This document shows positions 1 through 13,416 of a DNA stretch of 64,000 nt, piece by piece; the stretch's first letter is position 1; each line of letters begins with the position of its first letter. The notes under the pieces are model-generated. The model had not been told where the DNA came from. It saw only the letters and a program-made list of their open reading frames with translations, and ran no database searches. This stretch comes from Trichoplax adhaerens. Its lineage: Eukaryota > Animalia > Placozoa. Both the position numbers and the translations under genes were made by a program. The DNA is taken from positions 8,513,982 through 8,577,981 of the forward strand of contig NW_002060943.1 of the NCBI RefSeq assembly GCF_000150275.1, written 5' to 3'.

Positions 1-109
1 CTATAGAATCCTCACTACACCATCCAGCCACATTGGTACAGTCTGGTACAGGAGTCAAAAATTCATACGGAGACCTTTCGTAAACTGCATAGGATTTTGG
101 AAAACAAAA

Positions 110-330
110 AGCGTACACGTACAGTACAATCCCTTACAGTACTATGTACTACGGTACCAAGGGACAGCACTCAAAACACTGTACTGTACTGTACTTTACC
201 ATGAACCCATAGTAACTACTGTACAGAGTACAGTATATTCCAGCACTAATAATGACAGTACTGTACACTGTATGGATACAATATAGTAAATTAATCCAGT
301 TTGCAATTACTGCACCGTACTGTACCGATA
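110..330. repeat. TACAG/CTGTA pentamer-rich tract upstream of CTDSPL2
   Basis: Repeated gtacagtac, actgtactgtactgtac, cagtactgtacactgta and ccgtactgtaccg motifs. Confidence 0.7.
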
Positions 331-607
331 CATTATAGACTTACCATGTTGATCAGTTGTATTGCAGATCATATAGTAATTCACTTCGAAATTTTCAATT
401 CTACTGTCGTTATCCGTCTATTTCTGATAATGACAATATTTATTATGCAATATTATCGTTCCTGTGATTTTCACTAAATCTATATTATAGTAATGAATCA
501 AAAATGCTCTTATTTTCTTCCATCAAATTATTGAAGAGCTCAGGTAAAAGTCGATCTTTCCTGCTGTTGTTGTGGCCTGCATCGTAAATCAAGTGCTAAG
601 CTAAGGA

Positions 608-3600
608 ATGCCGCGAAAAAAGCAGGTCAACCAGCATGATACTATTATGACTAACTTATAAAGATTTCAAAATTAGTATTAGTAAGCATACATCGAGACG
701 TTACTATTGAAGATACCATACTCTACCACTATTTTGTGCTTATAACACTGCAAAGAATCAAGTATTTGCTCCAGTTTTAGCAAAGTCTTGCAGTAAAAAC
801 CAATATATCTGTAATGATATAGGGGATCCATGATAATTTTATTTTCGTATCTGCCTTAACAATACTGTCGCAATAAACAAATTTGATATAAGGTACCTTG
901 GTTGATTGTTATTTTATAATTTAGGTCAGTCATGATGATAACGTTGCTAGTGGAATCAAAAGAAAGAATACTGACGAAGACGAAATGCTATTGCATAGCG
1001 TCATCGATGATGAGGTACTTATATAGGTTTTTGTATTGCAATGATTAGTTCTAATCAGCTAAATTTAACTACACTGTATATACTCTGTGTAAACAAATGA
1101 ATTTTGTGTAGTTCTTCCTGATTGATGAAACTACCTTATCCTAACACTGTGTAACAGATTCTATTAATTATTTACACTGTGAACTAACTGTTAATATCTC
1201 AATCTAAACAAAACTATTCACTGATGATTTACAACTGTTGTAATAACTCTTAAATTATAATTGTGTAATATTAACCAATAGAATGAATGAGTTGTTACAT
1301 CGTCTTATGTTTGCCACTAGTATACAACTAGAAATACTACTAATTGATGACGCTAATTTATTATTAAGGAACTACTGTGCTAAATTTGTACTTCGTGTTA
1401 ACTCTGTATTTGCAAGTCTATTGGATATGCTTTACTTTTTATTAATTATTTCTCATTTATTTGTTTCAGTTTGAATGTCATAATTCTCATGGATTATTTT
1501 CGTCATTTAAGTATATTTTCTGGAAGGTGAGATTATATAATACGCATATTGATACTATAATACTTGATAAGGTAATAGACAATGTATTTGATTAAAAATT
1601 ATTGAAATAAGGTAGTAAATTAGTTGTTTTACGTGTGCCGCAATTTTGACGATTAGGATGATTCGCAAATGGCCAAACGCTTCCGAAATGACGTAAAGAG
1701 TGCTGGAGAGGTAAATTACAATATGATATAATATATTGATTTTTCGAAGTGATGCAATCATTTGTTAATATGCGAAAATAACTTCGTGGTATTTCTGACA
1801 AATAATGTATCTAAAATTGTCCCTTCAGGATTTTGATGACCTAGGGATGTACCCAGATTACCTAGATACTGATGACGGTAAACAATTAATAATTGGAATG
1901 AACTTAAGCAGCATTTGTTTAATATAATTCCCAATACATAGTCCCACAATTCTATAATGTTTAGTAATTGTATAAGAATTATTTTTAACCTGGAAGTAGA
2001 ACGATACTATACAGTTTGTTTGATTTTTGCTATCTTTCAAATTTGCTGGCAATGTGCTAAGATTGTTGTTGTTGCGCTATTACTTTTTCAACTATAGGTG
2101 ATTCCGATACCAGTTATGATGAATCTAGCGAACAAGGGTACAATTTATGATAGTAAAACTGTCCTTTAAATTAGATGTACTCAACGTTCGAAAATAAATT
2201 TTTTTATTTAGGAAATCTTTTATGGACGCTATTCTTTCTCCAGTTTTATCCTTGCTAAGTCAAAATAGTAAGTTACATCGTTGGATTTACTTTATAACAA
2301 AAATATTAAAATTGTAACATTATCTGAATTAATTCTTAGATGGCTTTAGAGATCGCTTTGATATCGATGATAGCCTTGCTATAAAAACTAGCGATAAAGA
2401 ACGTGATGAGGATTCTTTGAGGAAATTAGAAGACAATTGTATGATATCCAGTTGTAAGTAGAACAACATTATATTTGAACCTGTTGATAAATCAATTGTA
2501 GTTAAGATTAGATATCTTGTGTGTAAGAATGGACTTGCTCTTATACAAATATAAAATTGTGTTAGGTGAAAATTGTGTGCAAGAATTTGTAATGAATGAT
2601 GATGATAGCGCTATTTCTTCAAATGATAACACTAACAAGGTAAATTAATCACTATCTAAGTGATTTCTTAAGATAGTACAGTGCCATTCTGAGAAAATTT
2701 ATTTACTTTTCATTCAAAACTGCAATCATCCTCTAAATATACTTCTTTATATTTGTCTAAACGATGCAAAATGTTTGTATTCATTTCTAGGAAATAGTTC
2801 AGTCGAGTTATTCGCCTGAGCTAGAAGTTGATCCTGAAATCTTTGATCCGTAAGTAAAATTATTTTACCTGTAACTATTACTAGTTAATTTGTCGTAGTT
2901 AAATAGGACCGTTCTTTGCCAAGGTATTTATTTATAAGAGATCTGCCACCCCTATCAGATGAGATGAAAAGGCGGACACCAGGTTAGGGAAGGAATGCTT
3001 TATTAATTTTAGTAACAAGTAAGATTTGTAGTAAAACATTTACGATGAAACTTATCCGATTGTTTGTATTATAGTTTTGCCTTTGAAAACCAGAGGAACT
3101 CCAGAATTTACTTTAGTAATCGATTTGGTAAGATAAGCCATGGACATATTTGTGTTTACAAATTATGAATTCCTATATTTCCTGGAACGTACCAGAATAA
3201 TCTATTGAAGCAACTGTTTGAATTATCTCTTTCAATGTAGGACGAAACATTGGTCCATTGTAGTCTCAGCTTGCTGGAAGACGCAAATTTACATTTTCCT
3301 ATATATTTTAAAAACAATAATTATGATGTAGGTTATATTTTTTCTTAGGCACAAATTGTCTTAAATATGGAGATTAAATCTTCTTTTGTTGAAAATGTTT
3401 CAGGTATACGTGCGACTTCGTCCTTATTACAGGGAATTTTTAGAACGCGTTTCCAAAATATATGAAGTGAGCGAAATGATTAACAGAGCTTACGACATAG
3501 AAATAGATTATACCAACACAAAAATTTATCCGCTTATTTCGTTTAACCAGTTCTTATTCTATTATCTTTCTTACAGGTTATATTATTTACTGCTTCCAAG

Positions 3601-4362
3601 AAAGTAAGTAATAGCATATTAGAGTATTTTATGGTAATGCTGTTGAAGTTTAGCACAACAACCATAAATATAATGCGTAACTAGCCATATCGTGTCTATA
3701 CCAAAGACATAACGTATATCTTTATTTATCAATAGGTATACGCAAACAAGTTAATGGACATTATAGACCCCGGTAGAAAGCTTGTTAAGTAAGCATTAAA
3801 GATTTGCAATATGGTTATAATTGGATTATTAATAGATTCCGCTATAAATTAAAACTTGTTATTTGTAATTAGACATCGCTTATTTCGTGAGCACTGTGTA
3901 TTCGTTCACGGTAATTACGTGAAAGATCTTGGAATACTAGGAAGGGATTTATCGAAAACTGTGATAGTTGATAATTCACCTCAAGCTTTCGGTTATCAGG
4001 TTATTATCAACTTCATATTACATTATTTGATATTCATTTTTATTTTAGTTGTAAGAAATAATAAATTATTGTAGGTACATTGTCTTATATCATAAATAAT
4101 TTTTGTTTAGCTTTCAAATGGAATCCCTATCGAAAGCTGGTTTACTGATAAAAATGATGCAGAGTTATTATTACTAATCCCATTTTTGGAAGAGCTTGTT
4201 AATACAGTGAGTAAACTATAACACTATGAAATCAATTGAGATTAACCTTGACATGAGAATGAAATACAAATTGATTCTGTTTTACTAATTTCATAATAGG
4301 ATGAGGATGTCAGACCCTTAATAAAGGAGAAATATCGTATGCACGAACTTATACCCAACTAG
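608..4362 (+). CDS. CTDSPL2: CTD small phosphatase-like protein 2 (FCP1/SCP-family HAD phosphatase), about 17 exons; first exon tentative
   Basis: Phase-consistent exons give ...[14 protein letters not shown]...[16 protein letters not shown]...[17 protein letters not shown]|DETLVHCSL (DxDxT motif split by an intron at about 3128-3240)...VYVRLRPY...[21 protein letters not shown]...[53 protein letters not shown]...[18 protein letters not shown] (TAG 4360-4362). The ATG at 608 (MPRKKQ) is the least certain part. Confidence 0.93.
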
Positions 4363-6188
4363 TAGAAATATATTCTGAAAAGATAATAATTATTATTAAC
4401 ATCATTAATTTTGAATCATTATGAATTTGTTTACATTGTATTGTATGTCGTCTTGTATTAGAAAATTAAACTAGATCAATTATGTAAATAATACAGTACG
4501 GCATTTTACGAGCTTGGTACTGTTGTAAAAACTTAAAAAAATTGCAGTCTGTTCTAGATTGCTTTTTAAAACTCACCGCACTACGTGCGTGTAACCGATA
4601 TATTAAGATGATCACAGTAGTATCTTGTAGTATGTAATTACAAGAAATGGCATTGACGCAGCTCTCATTACAGTTTACGGTATGTGTACACTGATTTATT
4701 CTTGAAATGACGTATTCAAATTTAAAATATCCTATTATCCATTATACTATTTCATTATTATGATTAGTTAATTATGAATTAATTGTGGTCTGTGCATTGC
4801 TTATTCTTATGAGAATTGGATTTGTATGGACTTTTACGTGAAAACAATGAATAATGCAAATATGCTAGGTAGGAGCTTTGCTCTCGATCTAAATTTGATT
4901 ATCCGTTGATATCGCACAAATATATCTGTTCTTAACTTGCTTTAATATTCATCAATCCGTGTTAAATTATATAAGACACAATACTATTATTCCTACGATG
5001 CTGTAATTTGTAATGTGATACTAATATCACTACTATGTTTAAATGAAGAAGCTAGTCTTCTTATAACCCTGCACTTAGATAGTACGAGCGGTGTTATTGT
5101 ACTATCATACTATTGACCTTTATCGTAAAATTTATTAAAATATTAATGTACGAGTATTACGCTATCTTGATATGATAGTGCTGTGTAGGGTAATCTTTCA
5201 AATCATTACGTAACGTATATTGTTATGTGGTAGGACGGTGATGTGACTTTGTATTTGATATATATTGCCTACTGTATTAGTAGTCTTATTTGTTTGAGGA
5301 AGGCTTAACCTTGATCTTTTTACACTTAGCAGTATAGTGTACTTCTTTATTTGCTATAGAATAGTAGTTTGGAGAAGAAAGACTACAAGGGTCAACTATA
5401 CAACAATACCTAAGTGTATCCCGTAATTTATAGTAAAAGCTATAAAATATTGAGCATGCAGAGTGACCAGAGTCGCGAATACTATGACAGAGAGTAAATG
5501 CGGCGTCAGAGTGGACGAAAGCACAAGTGAAATTCACTTATATGCTAGCTCAAGACACTTTCTATGATAGTTATTATCAAGTATCTACCAGCATCTACAA
5601 GAAGTCGCAGTCTTTTCCCCTTCACAAGTGCTCAAATGCGATCATTATTACGTATAACAGCTGCACAAGTTTCAATATAGCTGTTTACCATTTACCGGTA
5701 AAATGACCATAAATTGAAAATACTGTATTGTGCACCTGCCCCGTATAATTTAATAATTACCGTGTCATCAAACTATTGTATCATTTCTTAATATGCAGTA
5801 CAATATGTATTTACTAGTATACTCAGTAGTCACTACTGACTGCTGAGTGAAAGTAATTTATGTAGATGTAAGAAATGTTATACCATGGATTGCTCAATGT
5901 GTCATCATCGCTAGACTTAAGCGACAAGATGAGAGAGAACTGAGCACGAACGACAGCCTACTTGACCCGAATAATAAGGCTAATAAATAGAGAGAAAGAG
6001 AGTGATATCGTGCTCCCTCAGAAGCTTCTGTTGATCAATTCCCCGACTGTATACGCGTTTGCAGTATCATAGACCACTAGAACTCTAGAAGATTGCTTTT
6101 TATAATTGAATTAGTTTTCTTCTACACGGTAGTGCATCTGTCCATGACGGCAAAGAGTCTTGCCTGTGGAGTCTTGCCAGCACTGTAC

Positions 6189-6424
6189 TCTACTATGACG
6201 TAAACTGACAATTCAGTCCGGTCCGGATCAGTCCGGTCCGGATCGGTACGGTACTCTCACCAGGGTGGGCTGGGCAGCTGTAGTCACTCGTAATCACTCG
6301 CTTGTCTGCTGACTGCGGTCGTGCATTTCTTTGGGCCACAAGCGTTGGAAGAAGGTCGCTTGTACGGTCTACTATGACGCCAAATGTCATACATGAAACA
6401 CTATTTTCCCATTGATTGACGTCA
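6189..6424. promoter_or_regulatory. GC-richer putative promoter of the TBC gene with CRE-type sites and a 15-bp direct repeat
   Basis: TGACGTCA at 6417-6424; tctactaTGACG twice (6189, 6368); (cagtccggtccggat)x2 at about 6214-6243. Confidence 0.45.
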
Positions 6425-8743
6425 TCCAGTCCCGCATACAACAGTGAAAAGAAGGAAAAGACCAGTCGGGAAAGAGTGGAAAGGATAGCGACAACATCGA
6501 TTTACTATTCGTTCTCCAAGATATTTTGTCCAAGAGAAAAAGAATATTCAGGTTCAATTGCTTTCTAGTACAAGTACATAGTAAATCGCTTCTTTCTAGA
6601 ATCAAAGCGAGGGTATTTTGTGTTGGGAGAGAAGCCTACTGATAGGGATGCCTGTCTGCAACAGCCATTTGTAGAGCGTTTTTATCGCTACCTTGCTGTA
6701 AGTATCGACTCCAGTGGTATGATAGCTAGTTGTTATGGATTGTCTGATAGACAGAATGAATTATTGGACAAGAAATGAGAAAGGGTAGAATGACCATTGA
6801 AGATCATCGTCATACCACTATGCTTCAAATAGGCCCTATGCTATAGCTACATGATTAAATGTTAATTTGTGCTACTTTTCCGATCGCCAATGACTTGACT
6901 TTCAATCTACCGGTGACATGGTATATCCACCCTCTTTATGCTCATAGCAAGTCACTGGAGGATTCGTCAGACCTCTGTTTATTGTCGATGGATGCCCAAA
7001 ATACCCAATGGAAGCGACGTAGTTTGGGCAAACGTCCAAATTAATATTAAATTAGACCTACGTTACCCCATTTTGAATCTTATCCCTAGAAATTATGTAT
7101 AGTACACTCATTGGTACGCCGAAAATAAACAGATCTGCTGATGATCACCTTGTACGGTAGACAAGTTCTTCCTCGATATTGACACCAAGTTATTATTCAA
7201 CTTGCCCCTTCCAAGATGGATTAACGCCTTGCCAATCACTACATATTACTAACTTACTACATGACCATGTACAGTAGATACAATATGACTATTTCAATAA
7301 CAAACATATTATAGCCTGTAGGTAGGAACAATGTTGCTAATTTCATCTTGTTATGGAAATAAAAAGAATGACGACAATGCACCCCTCCAACAGTGACAAC
7401 ATTGTTCATACTTGAACTTTATTCTCCTTCAACTAGTCAGTAAAAGTAGAGACTTTAGGTTCAGTTTGATGACGCCAACTCTATCATCAAAATGGAATAG
7501 GTTTGGTTAATTGATAGTAGATACAACTTTCCTCGTCTTCAATTTTACATACGACGAAGAATACATACTATATTTGGGATCGATTGTTCGTAGTAATAGA
7601 TATTGTGTCAGCTGCTTGCCTGCACCTTTTGCAGAAACTGGATAAACAGCTTATAATTGGATATATTCGAGACGTACACAGGCTGCCTAGCAAGAAAACT
7701 CATTTACATCTTTAACCAACGGGTATTAAAGCGGATAGATTAAAACTGAAGTAGACTTTTCTTCAATATCGTAATCAAGTTGTATAGGAAGGAATGCTGC
7801 ACCCTAGCCGTTTGGCGTTATAATAGAATTATCACTATACATACTTACGATAAGGGTACAGTAGTTGTTTAATTTATTATGCTTTGTTCACATAACTACA
7901 GGCTGTCTCACAGTAAGTGCATTAGTAATTTTGTTCCTTGAACGTTTAGGCATTGAGGTATTCATGCCCAAGTTAACTTATCAGACTAAAAATGGTATAT
8001 CAAAATGATACTGTAATTTCAGTTGATCATCAAAGATGACATCAACTCTTAACGTAAACCAACTAACTGGCATCGTAGTAACTGCAGCAGGAATGCTTTA
8101 CAGGTAGTAATTGTGCCGTGCTGAGTGCCAATTTGACATGCTAATAGTAGAGAATACACGATAGGATCACTTTTAATAAGGATACACTCCAAATTATGAT
8201 CCTCATAATACCGGATTTATTAACTATTACTAAATAAAAATTAATATTGTTGAAATAGGCATCATCAAGACTGCCTGTTGTTAATACTGTATGTGTATAC
8301 TGTTGACGATTACTCTATCATTACGGTGTATATATGATGTTTAGGTTATTTACTTTATGATGTTTTATAATCTTGTAAAGATTGCTACGATTAACTAGAA
8401 GAAATGATTGTCGGGGTGTGACATGTATTACTTGTTATCAACTAAATAACAGTATAGTGAATGGTCATACTTGCAACTCATATTGCAACATGATGCACTC
8501 GTATAGCGAATATTTGAACTTATCTTCTTGCTAACCAAATCAGATCTCTACGTTAACGGTACCGTTTCTTATAAATTTAGTATTTGTATTTCGTTTGTTG
8601 AGCCTATAAAATAATGTTGAGTAATTCTGCCAACATTATAACACACTGTGCTTATCTTTATTAACTAGCTTTCAATTCGTTCTCATTCTATTTACATGGA
8701 TGAATGAATAGCTATTCAGTGGATTACCATAATAGTTAATAGC

Positions 8744-11724
8744 ATGGATGGTAATGTAGCTCATTGTATTGATGGTGAAGAGGACGAAGGAGAGATTCCT
8801 GAATGTAATGGGGGTATACAAGTCATTGTGAACGCTGCAACTGCGTGTCATGCTGAAGGGCAAAGCAAGTCTGCTATCTTAGAAGATGTTCTCGCTACCG
8901 GCCAAGGTGACCGAAATAATCTCAATTTAACTGGATGGAAGCGTACTGCAGCTGTTAATGACCGTAGTGCTCAATCGCCTTTAACAAAAGAAATTTGGGA
9001 AAAGCATATCGATAAAGATGGTAGAGTTACTAACGAAGATAAAATACGCGAGCGTATATTCAAAGGTATATAGTGGTAGCATACCATTTATCGACTGATA
9101 TTACTAACAGTTCTATCCATTAATTTTTTCGTGGAAGATCAGAAATAAACAGTATATTAATTTGAATCGTTCTGTACGAACAATTAAATTCATAGTTTCA
9201 GTAATCATAACTTGAAGCAATAGTAGTCAAGAAAATGTTGATTTTATCTTAAATACGTATGATTATGATAGGTGGCATCAATCCGATTGATCGCAAAGAT
9301 GTTTGGAAATTTCTATTTGGAATGTACTTGTTTAATTCCACATTTAGAGAAAGGCAGGCTTTAGACGAAGAGAGAGCTGTAAGATACTTTGCCTTAAGGG
9401 CTCGCTGGCAGTTTGAACTAAGAAAATATAACGTATATCATCAGGATGATGTTAATAATATTAATTCAGATGAACCTGTATTCATGGTCGTACAGAAACA
9501 AGTTAAAGTTAGTACAATTATGATATCATATTGTAACAGAAAGTATATTTTGCTTCGTTCTTGACTGGTTGTAATAATGTTAACAAATTTGTAGTCACCA
9601 TAGAAATTCACTTTGAATGAGCATCAAAGTTATCTAATCATCTAGTGTTGAAATTTTTAACGACCCAATTTGAATACTTTTTTTTTTATTCCAATGTAAC
9701 TGAATTCATGGTGATAACACGAACTACAGAACGAGTTCTCTAAATATTATTTAAACAATGACTGCAGCGATTTCCAGCAACAACAACATTTCAACTTTCT
9801 ATATACAGATGCCACGGTATAGTAAATTACCTGATACATTATTGAGTTTATATTAGAAGTATGTCGTGTGATTGAATACTAGTAACCTCTGTAGGACATT
9901 TGTAATACGGTACATAACAATCAGTGGCGACGTGGTACAGAATGTGTACTCTTGTTACTATCACTTAATCGTATTTTAACTGTAAGAATCGGCCAATGTG
10001 TTAAGATATTAACCGCAATGAATGTTATTAACCTAATTTCTAATAGCTGTATGCGTGTCGCCAGCCTTTTGATGAAAATTTAACTCTTCAAGCTATACGC
10101 ACTATTGATAAAGATGTTCCTCGAACGGATCGTGTCATTGATTTTTATCAGTTAGTAGTTAGTTAGATTCGTTTCCATGCTCTCAATTATTAATTTAAGA
10201 TCCTAAATATTATGTATCTTATATTGCTTTATTGGTTATTCTTAAATATTAAACTAAGTTGTTTTGTAGTTTATTCATGTAAAAGTACTAATGTTGACAC
10301 CATATCTTATGGAACAATCATTACGTAGAGGTGAACAGGGCGATAAAAGGCTAGAAAGTTTGCGTCATATTTTAATAACATTTGCCGCTTTTCACCCAGG
10401 TATTGTTTATTCCATCTACAATAAATGTATTACCGGTAGTGTAAATTTGGAACTCAACAATAATAGGAGTAATTTAATCTTCGTGATATTCTTCTCTATT
10501 CAGGTGTCACCTATGCACAAGGAATGAATGATGTTCTGAGTAGATTTCTAGTAGTTTTAGAATCTGAAGTTGATGCTTTCTGGTGCTTCAACTATTTTAT
10601 TGAAAGAGTAGAAAACGATTTTCGCGAAAGTGGGATGTTACTTAAAATCGGTGCGATTCATACGAAATATTTTGATTATATAACCAGTACTCTGTCTGTA
10701 AAGGTTGTATTGTTGGTCTCATGTAGAATCACAATTAATACTATATATCTAGCTTACAGTGTTAGTGTACAATTTTCAATTCATTATGGTTTCATTTTAT
10801 AACTCGTTTTGTGAAATAGCTTTTATATAATTACGATGTAAATACGCCTGATGAAGGTAGATCTGGTGACGATATATTTAAGTTAATGAGATTCTAATTA
10901 CTTCCTATTTTAGCTTCAGTTCAGCGATTACTCATGGTCCTTGATAGTAAATTATTTGAATATTTGGAATCTCTCAATGCTAGCGATCTCATGATCTGTC
11001 ATAGGTAAAATATTGGCATAAGATATTAATTAACGCTACACGTTATGCAGTTACCTTTAGAAACTGACTTAAAAGTTATTTGTCACTGGATGAATGAAAT
11101 CATGAAACCTTCTTAAAATCATTTTCAGATGGCTACTGCTAACTTTCAAAAGGGAATTTGCGTTTGATGATAGTCTTAAAATTTTTGAAATCATATATAG
11201 TGGGCATCTTGAACCCCACTCATATGAAGGTGCTATGGCAATTGAACAACAAAGAATATTAGAAATAGAAAAAGGAGGTACAATAATGATTTTTTAATAT
11301 GATGTTATAAGTATGCTGAGTTGGTGGCTTGTTAATAGAATTTTCTATGTTTTGTACTATACAGGTGGTTGTGTTCATGGCTTAGAAGTTGATGTTAACT
11401 CTGAATTTACATTTGACATTTTTGTAAGTGTCGCTGTCTTGATGATATTTAGAGCAAACATAATGAAAGCGGCGGATGCAACGGAAGTATTTTCATGTTT
11501 AAATAAGTGAGTTATATTGTGAACTTAATTTACAGTTATGGAGACCATACAATCGCAATTAATTTATTTTTATTACAATTATTTCAAATATCGAAAGCTT
11601 GACGACTGGTATGGATCTAAATACCGTAATAGAAGTTGCAGAATGCTTATTCTTTATTTATTGCCGAACTACTGTAAGGGATAGTTTTGAGATTATTCAA
11701 TCCGGTAAAGAGGCGGAAGAATAG
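8744..11724 (+). CDS. TBC-domain Rab GTPase-activating protein (TBC1D15/17/Gyp7-like); additional upstream exons near 6430-6697 possible
   Basis: Exons encode WEKHIDKDGRV...IFKG|GINPIDRKDVWKFLFG, IDKDVPRTDR (IxxDxxR arginine finger), YAQGMND (YxQ glutamine finger), DAFWCF, CHR|WLLLTFKREF, ending ...GKEAEE* (TAG 11722-11724). Confidence 0.88.
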
Positions 11725-13416
11725 AAAACGACAACGACATTAAATTCGACCTCTAAATCAACCGATATTCTAATAATCTTGAACTTTCTTGCCTGCACGT
11801 AGGATCATCTCAAATCATTGTTTCTAGGAACAATTATTGTTTAAAGCAGCTAGTAAAAAATCAATTAAAATTGTATCTATCCCATATAAGATATATTTTT
11901 CTATAGCTGCACAGTAATCATGTCTTCAATAAGTAATAACTGCTGTACAATATTTATTTAAAAGATATTTTTACATTTTAGTATTGGTAAGCTACAGAGC
12001 TGCTATAACAAATTTCAGCTCACTGTTTTTTATTTTGGTGATTCACAAAGGAATTTTTTATTTTTCTTGTATCTTAAAAAATATAATTTCTTGTAAAGTC
12101 GAAGTTCATCGTATTTGCGATGAGATTAAGATAAATTAGCCTTAATTTACTATTCACTTTACCGATATATTAATGCAATCACTTAGAGATGTTTCGCTAA
12201 GCCCTGCTTAGTATCCTCGTGAAGCTATGTAATCAAAGCTTGATCATTCTTGCTGTAATCTATTTTACTTAGCAAGGCATAATTACATACTTATTACAAG
12301 CTGCGTACGATTTAATTGCTTTCGGTGACGGCATATCTATATGTTGCAAATTTAAAACTATTATTGATTATGAATCGTACATTTTAATCATTACGATGAT
12401 CAGCAAAATCGATAGAATGCCAGTTTATATCACGAAATACTGATATCTGTATATGTACGTATACGCTATTAAGATTCTTCACGTTAAGAACCGATCTTAT
12501 AATGCGGTTATGTAAAAAAACTATATTATATGCCTACTACCATTCTTGAAGGTGACTCAGATAATGAATTGGGTAATTTTAAAATTATATGAGCAAGATG
12601 TCACTAATGTGACATTTTGCATTGTATGAATGTTATAATCATTATTGCCTGATGCGATTGTGGTGTACAGTATTCCTTACAACACGTTACAAGATATTCA
12701 AGTCAGGTAAAATTAGATATCTTTAACGAGAAGAACCAAAAATTTATAATAAATCACTAATTTTAATATTTGGGATTACAATGAATTGAAGACTTATATA
12801 CAATAAATTTGGCCTTATAATAATGCAAAGAGTAAAGTTTCAAGCTTCAACAGTTATTATATAAAAGTGGTCAAAAGTTTTCATTTTGATTTTATATGAA
12901 CTCCACTTTTTAATCAATGCACTCAAGATGCTATTTTGACGGCGCACTAATTGTTCAGAGTATCACATACCGCATGTATAAATAAAATAAAAGATTTACG
13001 CGTAACTTCAATCCTACTGATTATCCAGCAAGGTGTAAATAACTGTATGACAGCAACATCGGTTGGTAAATATTACAAGTGGCTAAAGTTAGAAACTATC
13101 GACAAGAAGTTCGATAAAAATAACTACCATCACCATCTAATGGAGACCCGAGTATGAGAGTAACAAGTTATAATTTAAAGGAACTTATTTGGTAAGTCAT
13201 TACCGCAGTAAACGTAGTATTATTTAGACGCTATTTGAGCCGAGTTCATGTTACTGTACTTTGCATCACAGCAAAGGCGTTTTGCATAAGTGCTTTTAAA
13301 AAGTAAAACTTTTCGAGACTCAGGCGTCGAAATTAATTAGTAAGCGCTAGTGCTACATAATAATTAACTATTCAAATATATTTAAGTAGAGCTAATTGAT
13401 TTTCAAATACGATCCA

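Noticed and set aside
1283-2052. Short ORFs listed in the ORF track
   Set aside because: They lie in CTDSPL2 introns or antisense to its exons and show no protein-like features.
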